From Candidatus Brocadiia bacterium (GTDB lineage: Bacteria > Planctomycetota > Brocadiia > SM23-32): a DNA stretch of 64,000 nt. Location: assembly GCA_046538485.1 (NCBI GenBank), contig JBKHIT010000003.1, positions 96,001 through 160,000 on the forward strand. Reading direction: 5' to 3'. A program made the translations under genes and the position numbers. The notes below the pieces were generated by a model that was given only the letters and a program-made list of their open reading frames with translations, ran no database searches and was not told the origin of the DNA. Within the stretch, counting starts at the first letter, position 1; every line of letters begins with the position of its first letter. This document shows, in pieces, positions 61,944 to 64,000 of this stretch.

Positions 61944-62945
61944 TTACAAGCGGTTTTTAGAAAGCGGATAACCGCTCACAACAGGTTGATTCATGTGAGG
62001 ACGGTAGCGACGGCACTCGCTGGATTCGGTCAGACGCTCGAGGTCTTCGGGGGCGATTTCAATCTCATCGAGTTCATACATTGAGTCGTAATGTTCCGGT
62101 TTGCTCCCCCCCAGAATGGGACAGCTGACTCCCGGCCTTGAGAGAAGCCATTTGATGGCGACCTGATTCATTCCAGCATCGTATTTTTCGGCGACTTCAC
62201 GCAAGACATCAAGGATGTCAAAGAGTTCGTCAGTGAGCAGTTTCCGGAATCCCTTGAGCTCGGCGGCTCGTGAACCGGCCGGCGGTTCCTCACCGCGTTT
62301 GTACTTTCCCGTTAACAAACCACCATCCAGCGGCCCGTAAAGCATCGTCGCGATATTAAATCTCCTGCAGAATGGCAACATCTCATTTTCGACAACGCGG
62401 TCCGTGAGATTGTAGCGGCATTGGAGTGAACTGACAGGTTCCCAGCCATTAAGCGCCGAAACCCCAAGCATGTGGGCCACCTGCCAGGCGTAATGATTGG
62501 CCACACCGATGTAACGGACTTTGCCCTGCTTGACAAAACTATCAAGCGTCGAAAGCACCTCTTCCAGAGGCGTGTTTCTGCCGGGATGATGCAACTGAAG
62601 AAGGTCGATGTAATCCGTTTGAAGTCTTTTCAGGCTGTCTTCCAGCGTGCGCATCATGTGGACGCGCGAACAACCGCGTCCGTTCGGGTCGTCGTAAATC
62701 TTAACCCATAATTTTGTCGCAACGATAACTTGATCGCGTTTCCCTTTCAGGGCTTTCCCAAGGATCTTTTCGCTCTCGAAATCGCTGTAATAGTTCGCTG
62801 TGTCGATGAAATTAATACCTTCATCGAGGGCCTTGTCTATGATGCCGATGGATGTTTTCTCGTCGCACGTTTCGGGGAATGTCATCGCTCCCAGGCAGAG
62901 CCTTGATACTTTCATGCCAGTGTTTCCGAACTTGATATATTCCAT
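61944..62945 (-). CDS. Aldo/keto reductase
   Basis: G.KVSRLCLGAMTF, DTANYY, ATK, SLKRLQTDYIDLLQLH, GKVRYIG, PL.GGLLTGKY. Confidence 0.95.
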   Translation of the reverse strand: MEYIKFGNTGMKVSRLCLGAMTFPETCDEKTSIGIIDKALDEGINFIDTANYYSDFESEKILGKALKGKRDQVIVATKLWVKIYDDPNGRGCSRVHMMRTLEDSLKRLQTDYIDLLQLHHPGRNTPLEEVLSTLDSFVKQGKVRYIGVANHYAWQVAHMLGVSALNGWEPVSSLQCRYNLTDRVVENEMLPFCRRFNIATMLYGPLDGGLLTGKYKRGEEPPAGSRAAELKGFRKLLTDELFDILDVLREVAEKYDAGMNQVAIKWLLSRPGVSCPILGGSKPEHYDSMYELDEIEIAPEDLERLTESSECRRYRPHMNQPVVSGYPLSKNRL

Positions 62946-63012
62946 GATACTTCTCCAGATCTGAATTGTGTCTCTTCGTAATACTTGCAGGTCAGTCTAC
63001 TGAGTTGAGTAA

Positions 63013-64000
63013 TTTCTGCAAGCAGATCTTCGCAAACCTGCCTATGTCTGGGGTTGGGACTGGGCTCCGCACCTGGCGAGTTGCGGGATTACGGGAAACG
63101 TTGAGTTGCGCCATCGACGTATTAACGAAATCATGGATGTGCACCTGCGTGTGGGTCTGCGTGAGGAAAACGCGCTTGTCAAAGCAAGCGTTGAGATCGA
63201 ACACAATACCCTCACTTCTTCGGGATGGGGTTCTCTATCCATTGAATTTGCCGATGAGGAAGGCCGAAAGTTTGGAGCTGAAAAAGAAGATGTGTTTCTC
63301 TCTTCGGGAATAGCAATCGCCGAACTCGATTTGGCCGTGGATGCTCTGCGGCTCTGGTGGCCGAACGGTAGCGGTTCACAGCACCGGTATGATGTGGAAA
63401 TCAATCTGGAATCGGAAGACGGTTCGGCATCAAAACATCTGAAATGGGGCATGCGGACAGTGCAGTTGAACAATCGGCCCGGTCGGTTTGGAGCCATCAT
63501 CAACGGAAAACCCATTTTCCTGAAGGGAGGCAATTGGATCCCGCCGGATTCTCTTTACGGGCGAGTTACACCCGACAAAGTGATTTCCCTGCTTGAAGAA
63601 GCGGCCGAGGCCAATTTTAACTGCCTGCGGATCTGGGGCGGCGGGCGATTCGAGATGGATGAGTTTTATGAGGCTTGTGACCGACACGGCATCTTCGTGT
63701 GGCAGGATTTTATGTCGGCCTGCGCACCTCTGCCCGCCCATCAAGAGTGGTTCAGGCGGGAATTTATGAAAGAAGCCGACTACCAGATTCGGCGTCTGCG
63801 TAACCGGGCCTGCTTGCTGCTGTGGTGCGGCAATAATGAAGTGGGCAGTTGTTACAGCTGGATGCCTGAATTCGATGAACATAAAGATCCTGCGTGGCGA
63901 ATTTATCACCGGGATTTGCCCCGTTTGCTAAAACAGTTAGATCCCGACATTCCATACTGGCCAACGTCGCCATACGGCGGGGCGGAAAACGTCAATGCCC
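63013..64000 (+). pseudogene. GH2 beta-mannosidase-like gene lacking its N-terminal domain; runs off the window end
   Basis: Frame open from TAA 63010-12 to the window end: RKPAYVWGWDW, LWWPNG.G, KGGNWIP.D, RIWGGG, WQDFM.AC, LWCGNNE, YWPTSP. The first TTG/ATG (63106/63133) lies after the conserved WGWDW motif. Confidence 0.7.

Overview
This 64 kb window is chromosomal DNA from an anaerobic, glycan-degrading bacterium. A Planctomycetota/PVC affiliation is tentative, inferred from the HTH-receiver regulator, the VCBS protein and the sulfatases. Housekeeping loci include rnc, tRNA-Ser(GGA), thi4, nadA, xerC, a large SRP RNA-dnaX-ybaB-recR-rpoN-tatC run, lysS-lolD-ilvE, mtaB, coaB, trpG/pabA, dapF and hisCB. 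Anaerobic metabolism genes include a fused NfnAB, a Re-citrate synthase, malic enzyme and an AcsE-like methyltransferase. Carbohydrate genes include GH127, GH106, two GH2, two sulfatases and a heparinase-like protein. No CRISPR array, prophage or transposase was seen. The most notable observations are: (1) TatC fused to an extra TM helix and a FecR-like domain; (2) a family of conserved ~17-20 bp inverted ends enclosing different cargo (a PD-(D/E)XK-like gene, or a multi-hairpin sequence), plus a separate 272 bp two-lobed MITE upstream of xerC; (3) a candidate dnaX -1 frameshift signal (SD-like GGGAG, A10 run ending A AAA AAG, immediate -1 stop); (4) a large Alu-domain SRP RNA with a UGAC helix-8 loop; (5) a Cys-type, haloarchaeal-like THI4; (6) a sugar cluster pairing redox/lyase-type enzymes with a URO-D-fold protein; (7) several apparently degenerate enzymes and a 5'-truncated beta-mannosidase. 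All calls come from motif recognition by eye; no database searches were run.
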